Shown here piece by piece: positions 52,403-64,000 of a stretch of DNA of 64,000 nt. The stretch comes from Lama glama (lineage: Eukaryota). Made by a program: the position numbers and the translations under genes. Positions within the stretch are counted from its first letter, which is position 1; each line of letters begins with the position of its first letter. Where the stretch lies: contig CM052816.1 in the NCBI GenBank assembly GCA_028534125.1, positions 21,018,001 through 21,082,000 on the forward strand. The letters are read 5' to 3'. A model generated the notes under the pieces. That model did not search any database, had not been told where the DNA came from, and worked only from the letters and a program-made list of their open reading frames with translations.

Positions 52403-54256
52403 AACCCTTGTTCACAGACTGTCTGTGAAATAGGACCTACTGTCATCACTAATAAAGATTATTAATCTACTTCTAAGAACCAATGCACATGATTTGGAAA
52501 CCCAAATGAACTCTCTGAGAAATCCTTTCTTCCATCCCAGCGGCTCCCAGACCTCTCTTTGCTGTGCCCCTTGTGAGTGACTGAAGCAATGTACCCTGCA
52601 AAGAAAGTAGCCCCTTTTAGTATGGCAAGACACATCTTTTTATTAAAACCACCAAAAGGAGAAAGTGAAACAAGAATTATAAGTATGCATCAAAGCACAC
52701 TGGTGCGTGCGCGCACACACACATGCATGCTAATCACAGGGTCCCAGGGACCGAGGCCATCTTCGGGATGTTGCAACAGCTATGAAAGCACAGAATGGAG
52801 GAGTGTCACAGCTCTTCACCTGGGACCAGGTCTCCCAAATGAATTTATTCAAAAGCACAGATATTAAATTTGTTCTGAGCCTGGCACTGCCAGGTATGGT
52901 CCTTTCCTTTAAAAGCACACAGTCTGTCTCATGGGACAGACATAAAAGTGAAGGACTGCACAGTCTACAGCACAGTATTAGGGGCAGCAGGGAACAATGA
53001 ACTCCGCCTAGGGATAGCAAGGAATTGGACTGAGTGGATAGCACTTGGCTCAGGGGCTGTGTGACTCTGCGTGTGAAAGAGGAGACTTCAGCCTGTGCCC
53101 AACCCCCATGGGGGTCAGCTACGCGATGGGAGTCTACGCTTCTGGGTCTCCAGGCAGGCCCACCTTGGCCGGACATCAGCTCAGCCCTTTGGCCCATGCT
53201 GGTATGAAAAAAGTAGGTAGAATCCATTCAAGTGCAGAAATAGGAAAAAGCACCTGATCTCCAAATTTTCTTGCCTTTGATTTTATGTTTATTAAGGGAA
53301 ATCTTGTGTTCATTTTCATAGCAAATATTTATGACTTTGAACCAGGAACTTGCCTGCCTTGTATTTTTCTGTGCTGCTTTATCCTGTTTCCTGAGTTTCT
53401 AGTTTTGAGCTTGTGTAAGAGAGTCTCTGGCCATATCAAAGGGCAGGGACTGCATCCCCTTGGCCGCAGCGCAGCTGTGGGAGATCCCTCTCACCCTCTT
53501 GACGGGTGGTTGCTTCTCCCAGGAAAAAGTTACCACTGAACACCCAGATCTGCCTAGATTTTCCTCCAGCCTATCCCAGTATTAAAAAGTATCTTGACTC
53601 TGTATCAGAAACTTAGTTTCAGTCAACAGCACCCAGCTCTGTCTGACTCACTCAAAAAGAAATGCGTTGGAAGGAGGGGTGGTGTTCCACAGCACTGACT
53701 GAAAGTCAGGAGGACCAGGCTATGAAAATAGGCAGGAACCCAAGGAAGCTGAGCAGCAAGAGCAGGAGACAGGTTAGGACCACCACCGTATCACAACCCC
53801 AGACTCTTGATGGTTTCTCACCTGTCCCTCCCTGTCTTTGTCACTCATGCAAGAGTTCCAGTCTCTGGCAGGAGCAGGACATTGGTCAAGCCCAGGTCTC
53901 AGGCCTGCCCTGCGGCCAGTGGGCTTTCAGTGAGAGGAGGGGCTCTGTCTCCCCAAGACATGCACCATATGGGACTCCCCCAAAGAAGGAAGTGTTCCGA
54001 TCTCCCCTGCAGCCCCGTACGGGGGAGTAGTAAGCAAAGCTCAGGAGAGGAGCTATCAACAGCATGAGTGACACCCATGGGAGACCCCTGGTGTATAAAC
54101 AAATCCTTAAAGATAAAATTGAGACTGGGGTTTAGTTGAGATTGTCTTCCCCACAGGAGAAGCAGAAGTGAGGAATAATAATGAAAACTGATGCCGTTTA
54201 CTGATAGCCTAGTGTGAGCCCACTGCTGAGTGCATGTGATGAAAGCTCATTTAACA

Positions 54257-54446
54257 TTTTTTTTCACAGTTGAGTAAAGGTAGATTTATTTAGAGAGATA
54301 CATACTGCATAGAGTGTAGGCTGTTTCAGAAGAGAAAGGCCACGAGGTGTAGGAATTGGGTGCTCAGGTTAAAGCAGAAGTAGGTACACACTCCACAGAC
54401 AGAGTGTGGGCTGTCTCCGAAGAGGAGGGAGCGAGAGAGGCGGCCA
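54257..54446 (-). mobile_element. Polyadenylated, TSD-flanked retrocopy, probably LTR-derived, inserted in a MIR
   Basis: Poly(A) tail, AATAAA upstream of it, TSD aaagctcatttaa at 54242-54254 and 54447-54459. Confidence 0.7.
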
Positions 54447-56229
54447 AAAGCTCATTTAATCTTTATGTAGTAGTATCCCCATTTTGCAGATGAGGAAATG
54501 AAGGTTCAGGAAGGTTGGGATATCTCCAGGATCATACAACTACTGGCACTCACACTTAGGTCTCACACTCGCTTTCTCACAGCTGGTTTTCCTATACCTG
54601 GGATACACTGAATTGGAGACCACCTGTCTGTACCTGGTGCAGGGTGAGAACTCACAGGGTGGCCAATATGCCTGTCTACGGACCTCTTTCTGCCCTTCCA
54701 GGCAATTGATGGTAGTTGCTATTTTCTCCATAATTTCTAAGGTTTTCTTTCTTCCTTTATTCCTCCCTCCCTCCCTCCCTCCTTATCTTTTTTTTCCCCT
54801 AACTTTTCATGATGCTTCCCTTGAAGTACAAAAAACTGCCAACTAGATTTTGTGTGTTTGTGTGTATGTTGTCACATTCATCCCTAGCAGAGTCCCTAAA
54901 ACTTGTGGACCATGATGGATGCCAGACACATGCACCCCCAAGTTCCAGAAAGAAGTCTCCTCCACGCGAGTAACTGACCAGACACATCAGTCAAAATCTG
55001 CAGAATTTTCTGGGTGAATATTAAGGACAGGACGTGCATTACCTGCTTCCAGAGCTGATGATCAAAATCCATCCCACGGACACGTGGCATGCTGTGACCC
55101 AGTCCTGCACCAAGCCCAGCCCGCGGCTTCCGTATGCAGCCCAAGGCTCACAGCTCTAGAGTTGGAGTGTCCTCCCATTGAAAGTGCTGACTGGGTGACT
55201 TCTTGGTGAGCAGAGACCTAGCAGATTTAGTTCAAACAGAAGGCACTTCTTGGAGAGGGGTCTTTGGAGACCATCTCATCCCTTTGTTAGCATTTGAAAT
55301 ATAGAAGGAGCAATCTGGCTATTCCTGGGCTTGAGCCAGCTGTTGCCCTCTCTGGGGATGCTGCTGGGCCTTGTTCAGAGTCTGAGTTAATTTCTATTCT
55401 TAGAAACCAAAATGAAGTATAAGAGACATTTTTCATCTGGGTCCTAGGAGGCCAGCGGAGCAAAGTGGAAAAGCTCATTTGACCACCACTTATCCGTCCT
55501 GGGTCCTCTGGAGTAGGTAAAAGAGGAGACAGCCCTGTATCTCTCTGTCTCCTTTAACCTCTCTTATCCAGGGATTCCTGGGTGGCATCTGAATGAGGGC
55601 AGACCAGGAGGATAGAATTGTTCCTGGCCTGGGGCTTGAGACCAGGCTAGAAGAGAAAGCTGAGTTATTATGAACAAAGCAAACAGAGGATGGGGTGTCA
55701 CCCAGTGTCTGTAGGGAAAAGATGATATATGTTTATTCAATAGGAATGTGACAGCCCAGCATTCCTTCCCAGGATCTGCTGATCTGAAAGGGAACTTTAG
55801 TTCAATCCCTGGGACAGCTAGTCCCTAGGCCTCACCCAGAGGCCTTCCTGTCAGAAGCCCCCAACAGGAGTGGGTGAGATCTATTTATTCTCCATGAACT
55901 TTTTTTGGTGTGTGGCTGCCTTCCTATAAAACCCTATCTTTGGATAAGTGTGGTGAATTCAGTGCATAATTAAAAAGCAAACAAACTTGCTCAAGAGAAC
56001 ACTTACAATTTAAGCAGATTTCTGTGTATAAGCCATGATTCATGCTTTGTTGGATCTCCAAAAATAGACAACATGATTTTGTTGAAAGATTTCTGGCCTC
56101 CAGTGTATTTTAACCAATACATGATGGTCTCTGGAATTATTAAGACAGAAATTAAGTTATGTGGTTGCTGTCTAAAAGAAAGGGACATCTTTAGGCTCAA
56201 TGATGGATTAAAGGTTCACTGCTACTGCA

Positions 56230-57045
56230 GAGTCAAAAGACACAAACTTGGGAAAATACTTGCCACATATAAGAAAAAAAGTTAACTGCCTTCATATATA
56301 AAGAAATCTTAAAAATCAATAAGAAAAGGACCAAAAATCCAATAGACAAATGGAAGGGAAGTGGACAGATCACAGAAGTTAATACAAAAGGCTTTTAAAT
56401 GTATAAAATGATGTGCAATTTTATATATAAAAAAGAAATGTAAATTAAAACAGTGAAATATTATTTTCACTTTTCAGGTTTTGGAGATCAAAAGTTTGAT
56501 CATGTACTGTGTTAGTGAGGATGCAGGAAAATGGGCATTCTCATATATTGATGGGAATGCAAACTGGTACTACCTCTTTGTAAGAAATTTGACAAGATTG
56601 AAATTTTACATACCCTGTTACAGTTATCTATTACTATTTAACCAACTATCCCAAAACTTAGTGGTTTATACATTTACTATTATTTTGCTTGTGCAATTGA
56701 GGAAGGGCTACGGTGGGTGGTTGGTTCTTCTCTGATCCATATGGTGTTATTCAGCTGGGGTGACTGATACTGGAGGATTCAATTCATCTTTCACAAATTT
56801 ATCCTATAAATAAACTCACAAATGTGAGCAAGGATATATAAACAAGCATATTCATGACGGAATTAGTAATAGCAAAAGCCTGGATTAACCTAAATGTCCT
56901 TCCATAAGGGATTGGGTTAAAAACCCTATTTATTTATGTCCATGCCAATGGATAACTGTGCACCTGTTAAAAGGAATGATACAGCTCTAGGTACTAATAG
57001 TGAATGAGCTCCAAAATAAAACTTCAAATAAAAAATTCAGGTGTT
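56230..57045 (+). mobile_element. Old L1 fragment(s)
   Basis: Degenerate L1 ORF2-end/3'UTR motifs (aatccaatagacaaatgg, gggaatgcaaactggtac, aacctaaatgtcc). Confidence 0.6.
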
Positions 57046-57162
57046 GGGGGAGGGTCTAGCTCAGTAGTAGAGTGTGTGCTTAGCATGCAGGAGGTCCTGA
57101 GTTCAATCCCCAGTACCTCCATTAAAATAAATAAATAAATAAACCTAATTACCACCCCCCTG
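57046..57162 (+). mobile_element. tRNA-derived SINE (Vic-1-like) at the end of an L1 fragment
   Basis: Same consensus head and tail. Confidence 0.85.
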
Positions 57163-58189
57163 CCAGATCCAGATGCAGTGCATCTTGAAAATGTACCTAT
57201 GGGAAAAATGCTCTTACAAGCCCTTTCCGATAACCCCCTGGAAACAATGTATGAAACTTAGCCCAGGTACATGTTGGACTACTGAGGGCACACAGAGAGA
57301 AGGAAATCCTGACTGGGGTCTTGATCCTGCTCACTTCTCGTCTTCCCCGTGCACTTTCTAGTCCGGCTCAATATGAAGTCCAAATCCTGCCCTCCCAGGA
57401 AGGCTGTGTGGACACCCACATCTTGCAGTTCTTTCCATTGTCATGTGAAAATGGCCTTTGGAAACAGCCATCAGAGGGTTACATTTTGCCTCTACTTGAA
57501 CAAGATATTTAATCTCTTTAAGCCTCAGTGTTCTTACTTGTAAAGTGAGGTTATAATGATACCTACCTCTCAGGAATAACAGGGTTAAAAAATAAAAACA
57601 GTAGAGTACTTAGCCCAGCACCTGGCAGCAAAGACGTGGTCTTCAGTATCCAAACCACTGCCATCTCCCATCACCCAAATCCAACAGGGAAAGGGTGGGA
57701 ACCAAAGTGAGAATACCACAGAGATTTGTGAGGTGGGCAGTTGCTTTGGTGTAGTTTTGTCAGCTCAGATTACAAGCTCCAAACTGCACTGATTGGAGGC
57801 CCACCACCTTCCCACTACAGCTCTTGAGACAGAGCCTGGCTGGGAATAGCCAGTTCTGTGGCTCTAACCCTGGCTAAGCCCAGTCACCTAGGGGGCTCTT
57901 TAAAAGAGCTGTCTGAGGCCTGGGAAAGTCCTGCGATACTGAGGGACACAGGCATGTCTTTTGATGTAGCAAAAGAACATAATTAATAGGTGCATGTCTC
58001 CATCTTCACCAGGGCCCCTGCTCCCCAGCCGCTGCCACTAAAAGAGATTCCACCTTTGCAGCAGTTTCTTCCTCTTCCTCCCCTTCAGGATTCTTTGGGC
58101 TTTTGTAATTCAAGAGATGCCCTCCAGTCAAAGACCACCAGGAATACACCTGCAGTTGAACAAACTGGTGCATAATTGTTGCAGTGAGG

Positions 58190-58640
58190 GGAACAAAGGG
58201 GATGGAAAACTATGGAGCATCTTGGTAAGAGGGCATGAGGAAGGACTTACAAGATTTGGGCTAGTGTTAGTGATTTTGGAGACAGTCAAAGAAGCAGGAC
58301 TTCTCTCAGTGTTTGATGCTGTCAGGAAGCAACATTGATTCTATGACTGGGTATCTTAATTATATCTAGAAAGAGGAACGACTAGAGCAAAGCTAAGGCT
58401 GAAATTGGTAGGGAAACAACACTCACCCATTAGCGACGACAGAAAGATGTTTGGTCACTTTTGTGACTTGGACAATGATCATGGTTTCCCTGTGTTCCAA
58501 GATGATGATAATGTGATCTTGTTTTTGTCTTGATCCATCATGGTTATAGATGGCCTTTTCTGATGCTGATGTCCTGTGAAATTGTTTCTGTGCAACAGGA
58601 GAACTCCAAGGCCTTGACTGTGAATGTCAGGTCAGTTCCT
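58190..58640. mobile_element. Probable ERV LTR fragment
   Basis: Motifs resemble antisense ERV1-type LTRs; family not identified. Confidence 0.35.
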
Positions 58641-59899
58641 ACAACACCAAGGATTAGCTGATAGTCTCAGGCCAACTTCCAGATGTCAGCGGCTGCTTTT
58701 CTCTTTCTCAGAAGAGAAGAATCAGGCAGACAAGTGGGTGGATGGGATTTCAGTTTTCAGAGAGTTAGAGAGTTTCTGTAGCGTGTGCAAGAGGAGGGTG
58801 TGGAGGGAGGAGGGGTTTAACAAGAATTACTGTGGACATGGTGTCCACTTCATGGTTTTCAAGAAATACACATTTTCAAAATATGAGTTAAAATATTGAG
58901 CAATTTGAATTGGCTTTTGGTTGCTGGGTTGTGTTCCCTCTATTGTGATACTGCTCTGAGGCCAACCATGTGGATTAGGGTCTTAAAAGGGCAGATGTTC
59001 AAAGCTAAGAAGTTCTGAGCCATTGTCTTAGAGTCCAGAGCTGCAGCTCCATGTGAAGCCGATGGCTGGGTTGGGGTGGTGTTTGAAGTAGATCAGTCAG
59101 AAGCCAGGCTCAGGTACCTGCTTCACCTCCCCTCCCCAGAAGATCCCAGCAGACAGAGTTCCTCAGGCTCTCAGTGCCCCCTGACCCCCAGTCTGAGTTC
59201 TAAGTCCTGGTTATTACCACCAATAAATCTGGTCAGCCAAGGATGCCAAGATGGGGGATACAGTCCCTGCCCCCGGGCATGCTGATTCTGTGGGAGAGTG
59301 AGAGCAGCCACACCAAAAGCAGAGAGACCTGAGCACTGAAGGGGCTCAGCAAAGGGCCCTCAGCCCCTTCCAGGGATGTAAAAATTCTTGGCAGAGCAAG
59401 TATTCATAGAATAGAAGTTTGGAAAGTGGGGGGCAAGGAAGGCTGAGGACATAGCAGGGAGGAATGCACCGTGATAGATGAATTTAGATAATTTCTTAGA
59501 GCCTGGCGATCCCCAAAGGTGAAAACCTTGAGAGCCAGACTCCACAGCTGGAGTATAGTATAGTCCAGAACCTAAAGGACCCACTGAGATGAAGTGAAGA
59601 CACAAGTCAGCAGTTCTCCCCTCCTTCCCCGCCCTCCTCTTTCGGGTGGCTGGCCAGAAGGGCCCACACTTTGAGGGGTAGTGGGAGAAATAAGAAGAAA
59701 AGGGGCAGAAATGGGAGAAAAGAGCCTATAGTGGGAATCAAAAAGCTGGAAGAGTTTTGGAAATGGAGGGTCTGGAGGGAGAACTGGTCAAGGACTACTT
59801 TAGCATCGAGCTGCACTCAGAAGGGGAGGGACAGAGGCATGAACCACCGACAGAGGCGGGTCTGTTTACTTGGCCAAGCTTGAAAGTAACGGGGTGGCC

Positions 59900-60693
59900 G
59901 TCAGAAGCCCTTGGGACCCCGCCTGGACTTTCTCACCGAGGAGGCTGTTGGGACCCCCAGGCACTCGAGCCCGCGCACCAGCAGCGATGAGAACGCGCCC
60001 GGCCGGCCCGCGCTAGAGGCGGGCGGGAAAGCGCCGCGGTCGCCCGTCCCCTACTTTCCCGCTTCTCCGACCGTAGCAAGAGGCCTGTGCCGGGTAGGGG
60101 AAGGAGCGTCCAGCCCCTGGACCCGAGTCTAGGCCGGCCAGCGGACACTACCAAGCAGCAGGTGGCTCCCGGGACAGCGCCGCAGCTCCGCGCTCCCGCC
60201 CCCCGGGCCGGACGCGGCGCCTCCCCCGCGGCGGCCGGAGTCTGGAGGTGGGGTCGGGAGCCCGAGCCCGGGGCTCTGATGTCACCGCGCGGCCGCGGGC
60301 GCCCAAGAGCGCGTCTCGGGCTGGAGCTCAGGTACGCGGCGAGGCCGGGGGCCAGGCGGCCGGGGGCTGGGTTGGGGGCGGTTAGGGGGGTGGCGGGATC
60401 GGTCTTCCCGTGGGGCAGCAGGGGAAGACGGGTGGGAGTGGCTGGGGCACCGCGGAGCAGCCCGCCGGTCTTTGGGTCTGGAGGTGCTGGGCTCCGCGCC
60501 GTGTCTGGTCTGCGCGAGTCAGGTCGGGTCCCTGCGCGCCTGTTTTCTCCGCAGAGGGTTCGCGGGGTGGGGCGGCGGGCAGAGCCGGCGGCTGCGAGGG
60601 CTGCTGGGGAGTGCGCCGGGAGGCCCGAGCGCGAAGTGGGGTCTCACCCCGCGACCCCCGGCTCCCGCCCTTTGGCCACGGAATCCGCCCCCC
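59900..60693. promoter_or_regulatory. SHROOM1: CpG island, probable SHROOM1 promoter/first exon (cut by a 500-N gap)
   Basis: Very GC/CpG-rich; candidate donor ctcag|gtacgc at ~60331; ~3 kb upstream of the SHROOM1 ATG. Confidence 0.7.
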
Positions 60694-61193
60694 NNNNNNN
60701 NNNNNNNNNNNNNNNNNNNNNNNNNNNNNNNNNNNNNNNNNNNNNNNNNNNNNNNNNNNNNNNNNNNNNNNNNNNNNNNNNNNNNNNNNNNNNNNNNNNN
60801 NNNNNNNNNNNNNNNNNNNNNNNNNNNNNNNNNNNNNNNNNNNNNNNNNNNNNNNNNNNNNNNNNNNNNNNNNNNNNNNNNNNNNNNNNNNNNNNNNNNN
60901 NNNNNNNNNNNNNNNNNNNNNNNNNNNNNNNNNNNNNNNNNNNNNNNNNNNNNNNNNNNNNNNNNNNNNNNNNNNNNNNNNNNNNNNNNNNNNNNNNNNN
61001 NNNNNNNNNNNNNNNNNNNNNNNNNNNNNNNNNNNNNNNNNNNNNNNNNNNNNNNNNNNNNNNNNNNNNNNNNNNNNNNNNNNNNNNNNNNNNNNNNNNN
61101 NNNNNNNNNNNNNNNNNNNNNNNNNNNNNNNNNNNNNNNNNNNNNNNNNNNNNNNNNNNNNNNNNNNNNNNNNNNNNNNNNNNNNNNNNNNNN
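60694..61193. other. Scaffold gap of exactly 500 N
   Basis: Round length, and an abrupt GC-rich to average-GC transition across it. Confidence 0.75.
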
Positions 61194-63343
61194 AATCCTT
61201 TGTCACTCACAGATAAGATAGAATTTTCAAGGCCTTTTTTGAGGGAACATCTTTGTATTTGAACAGTTAACCCATGCCTGTAGATGCAACAAATCAATAT
61301 GGGCAGGCATAGGTGGCATGAGCCAGGGTAAACAGTGCTCCCACGCTGGGCTCAGAAGGATAGGGAAAGAGTGTCTGGGTGGCTAGGGAGGGTTAACTAG
61401 GTGACTGTCCTCCCAGGGGCTGCTACTTAGAGTAGCTTCTTGTCTTCCAGAAGTCCAGAGAGTAGAAACATTTTGCAAAGTGGTCCCCGAGCCCGAGTGT
61501 GAGGACCAACCTGCAGGGCTGGCCTTAGTGGGCACAAAGATGCCTCCATGTGGGTGATGTCAAGTTGTTCTGGTTCCAGGTCAGCTGAAAGCCCCTCCTG
61601 GGAATGCTGCAGGTACTGCCTCTCCCTTTTAGAGAACACCATACCCTCCCATCACTAACCTCCCTACCTGCCCTAACCAGCAATCTGTAGCATCTGGGGT
61701 CTTAGGGAAGAGGGTAGAGGGTGATCCTGAGCTCCAAAAAGTGTCTAGGAGGCTAAAATGAGCCTGTTTTTCAGTTCCCACCCCAGTAGTGGGTCACCCT
61801 CCTCTACACTCACCAAGAAACTCAAGGAAAGCAAGTCAACCCCCATCCAAAATTTCCTTAGCCCATAGGGAGCCCCCAGCTCCCAAGATTCAAAGCTGCT
61901 TTCACCCCTGACCCAGACACACCCATCCAGCTCCTCCCCTCCCTTCCCCTCCTGGCACTGGGGAAGTATTGATTTCTGGCCATTCCTGCTCCAAGCTGTG
62001 GTCACCTGCTCTTTTGGTTCCTAATAACCCAAGTAACCTGGTCAGTGTGCATGGTGACAGATGCCTCACCCATTCTGTCCCCTTCCCTAGAAAAGATTAA
62101 GAGTGGGCAAAAGCAAAGAAGCCCACTTCCTTCCCCACCAAAGCCACCCACTGTCTACTTCCTGAGAGGCTGCTTCTTTCCTGGTCATTCAACAAATACT
62201 TGACACTGAGTACATGCCGGGCACTGAGGATACAGACTGAAGAAGTGCAGGGCCTGTCCTCAGGAAGCTCAGGGGTAGGAGTGGGGAGAGGGAATCACAA
62301 GCAAGCCAGCAGTCAATGCAGAGTAATGAGTGCTGTGATGAGGGAAGCTCAGGACACTGTCGAGATTCCCAAGAATCAGGAGACTGCTAAGTTGAGCCTT
62401 GTGGGAGGAACTGAGTGGCAGGACAAAGAGGGTGTGAGCCTGTCATTCTTAGACAAAAGGCAGGGTCTCCCAAGCAGGGACCATATTATCCTAGATTGTG
62501 CCAGTATTTTAAGGGGGTGGAAGGGACTATTTCCCACAGTGTAGTCTGGGCTTTGTTGGAGGCTTCCGTCATCTGAGGGGCAGGGGTAAACTGGCTTTCA
62601 GCAGGGTTTGCTTCTAGGAAATTGATTCTGGCTGCAGTGGAGTTGGAGGCAGGCCCAAATTCCAGGCAGGGCTCTGCCTCTGACCAGCTGCGTGCCTGTG
62701 GGCAAATCATTTCCCCCTCAGAATCTCAGTGTCCTTGTTTGCAAAATGCAGATGGGCAATTGTGGGATTCAAGATAAATATGTATATAAAGCACCCGGAA
62801 CATAACTGGCCCAGACGGCGGGAGAAAGGCTGTGAAGCTGCCCCTGCCACCTGACCTGGGTTGTCCCACCTCCTTCCTTGGCTCCCCTGTGATCTCAGAA
62901 TGTTCTTGACCATTGTTTATCAGGGAAAGATCACATGGAGAAGCTAACAAAGCAGCCAGGAAGCAAACTGGGTGGGACAGTGTTGGGGGGAGGGGGTGGA
63001 GAGCAAGGGTACATTCTCAGTGCTCCAGGAGGTGCCAGGGTAGAGGCCAGGGTTGCCATCCAGGAGAGCCCCAGCAGAGAGTGGGCTAGTCGCCATTCCT
63101 TCCCCTGAGCAAAGGCCCTCAACCTCCAGAGTTGCTCCCCTGGTCCCACTACTACTATCCCTTACTGGGGGCGGGGGCAATGTCCGCGCTAAGGATCTTG
63201 TAACTAGGGAGAGGATGTGTAAGCACGTGGCTGTCCGTGTCGGAGAGGCCAGCACCCTTACCCGGAGCTCCTCACCCACCATGCCGTCTATGCTCTTCCA
63301 GGCCCCTCGGAGCTAGCCAGCCTCCGCGCTCGTCCGTGCAGCC

Positions 63344-64000
63344 ATGGAGGCCCTGGGTCCCGGAGGTGACCGCGCCTCCCCAGCCTCGTCCACTCGCAGC
63401 CTGGACGTGCGGCGGCTGTCCGCGCGCGCCGACTCGGCCTACAGCTCTTTCTCCGCTGCCTCCGGCGGTGCCGAGCCTCGCACGCCGTCGCCGGGGTCCC
63501 ACCAGCTTCCTTACCTGGACTGGGACTACGTGCGCGTGGTGTGGGGCGGCCCTCGCACCTCCCCGCAGCCCCCGCCCGCGGCCGCCGCGCGCAGTGGGCC
63601 GCGTCCCCCCGAGGTCCAGGGGACCCCGGGGCCGCTCAGCCGGCAGTCCACCCCGCTGCTGTACGCACTGGCGGCCGAGGCGGAGGCCGCGGCGCGGGCT
63701 GCCGAGCCGCCCAGCCCGCCGGCCTCGCGGGCGGCCTACCGCCAGCGGCTGCAGGGCGCGCAGCGGCGAGTGCTCCGGGAGACATCCTTCCAGCGCAAGG
63801 AGCTCCGCATGAGCCTGCCCGCCCGCCTGCGGCCCGCGGCCCCCGTCCGGCCCCCCGCCGCGCATTCGCGCTCCGCCTCGCTCAGCCACCCGGGCGGGGA
63901 AGTGGAGCCGGCGCGCCCCGGGGCTCCCGTGCCGGGAACCGCGGGCCAGGGACGTTTAGCCGGTCAGCAGCGGAAGTGGTGCTTCTCGGAGCCAGGGAAG
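63344..64000 (+). CDS. SHROOM1: SHROOM1 first coding exon (partial, runs off the window)
   Basis: gccATGG; MEALGPGGDRASPASS...ADSAYSSFS...LPYLDWDYVRVVWGG...YRQRLQGAQRRVLRETSFQRKEL (ASD1)...QQRKWCFSEPGK; open for 219 codons; acceptor ctcttccag ending at 63301. Confidence 0.96.
   Translation, partial: MEALGPGGDRASPASSTRSLDVRRLSARADSAYSSFSAASGGAEPRTPSPGSHQLPYLDWDYVRVVWGGPRTSPQPPPAAAARSGPRPPEVQGTPGPLSRQSTPLLYALAAEAEAAARAAEPPSPPASRAAYRQRLQGAQRRVLRETSFQRKELRMSLPARLRPAAPVRPPAAHSRSASLSHPGGEVEPARPGAPVPGTAGQGRLAGQQRKWCFSEPGK

Noticed and set aside
60087-61297. Long ORFs of 217-391 aa
   Set aside because: Artefacts of a GC-rich CpG island read through a 500-N gap.
63237-63889. ORFs 63237-63812 (+) and 63272-63889 (-)
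   Set aside because: Shadow frames of the GC-rich SHROOM1 exon; the real frame starts at 63344.

Overview
Mammalian genomic DNA, most likely a camelid: it carries seven copies of a tRNA-derived SINE resembling the camelid Vic-1 family. The window is syntenic with human 5q31.1. In order it holds the 3' two-thirds of AFF4 (+, 14 visible coding exons, one more probably hidden in Ns, and a ~5.6 kb 3'UTR), complete LEAP2 (-), complete UQCRQ (-), complete GDF9 (+) and the start of SHROOM1 (+), with L1, L2, MIR, SINE and DNA-transposon fossils between them. Exons were placed by hand from GT/AG sites and phase continuity against remembered human orthologue sequences. The N-runs that can be tested look like length-preserving masks; one 500-N run looks like a true scaffold gap. 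Main leads: (1) LEAP2 has a fifth cysteine in the mature peptide; (2) splice-site-bounded, stop-poor segments on the minus strand between GDF9 and SHROOM1 may be a decayed, unannotated multi-exon gene; (3) a ~190 bp polyadenylated, TSD-flanked retrocopy looks like an LTR R-region mobilised by L1; (4) mature GDF9 has several substitutions at normally conserved sites.
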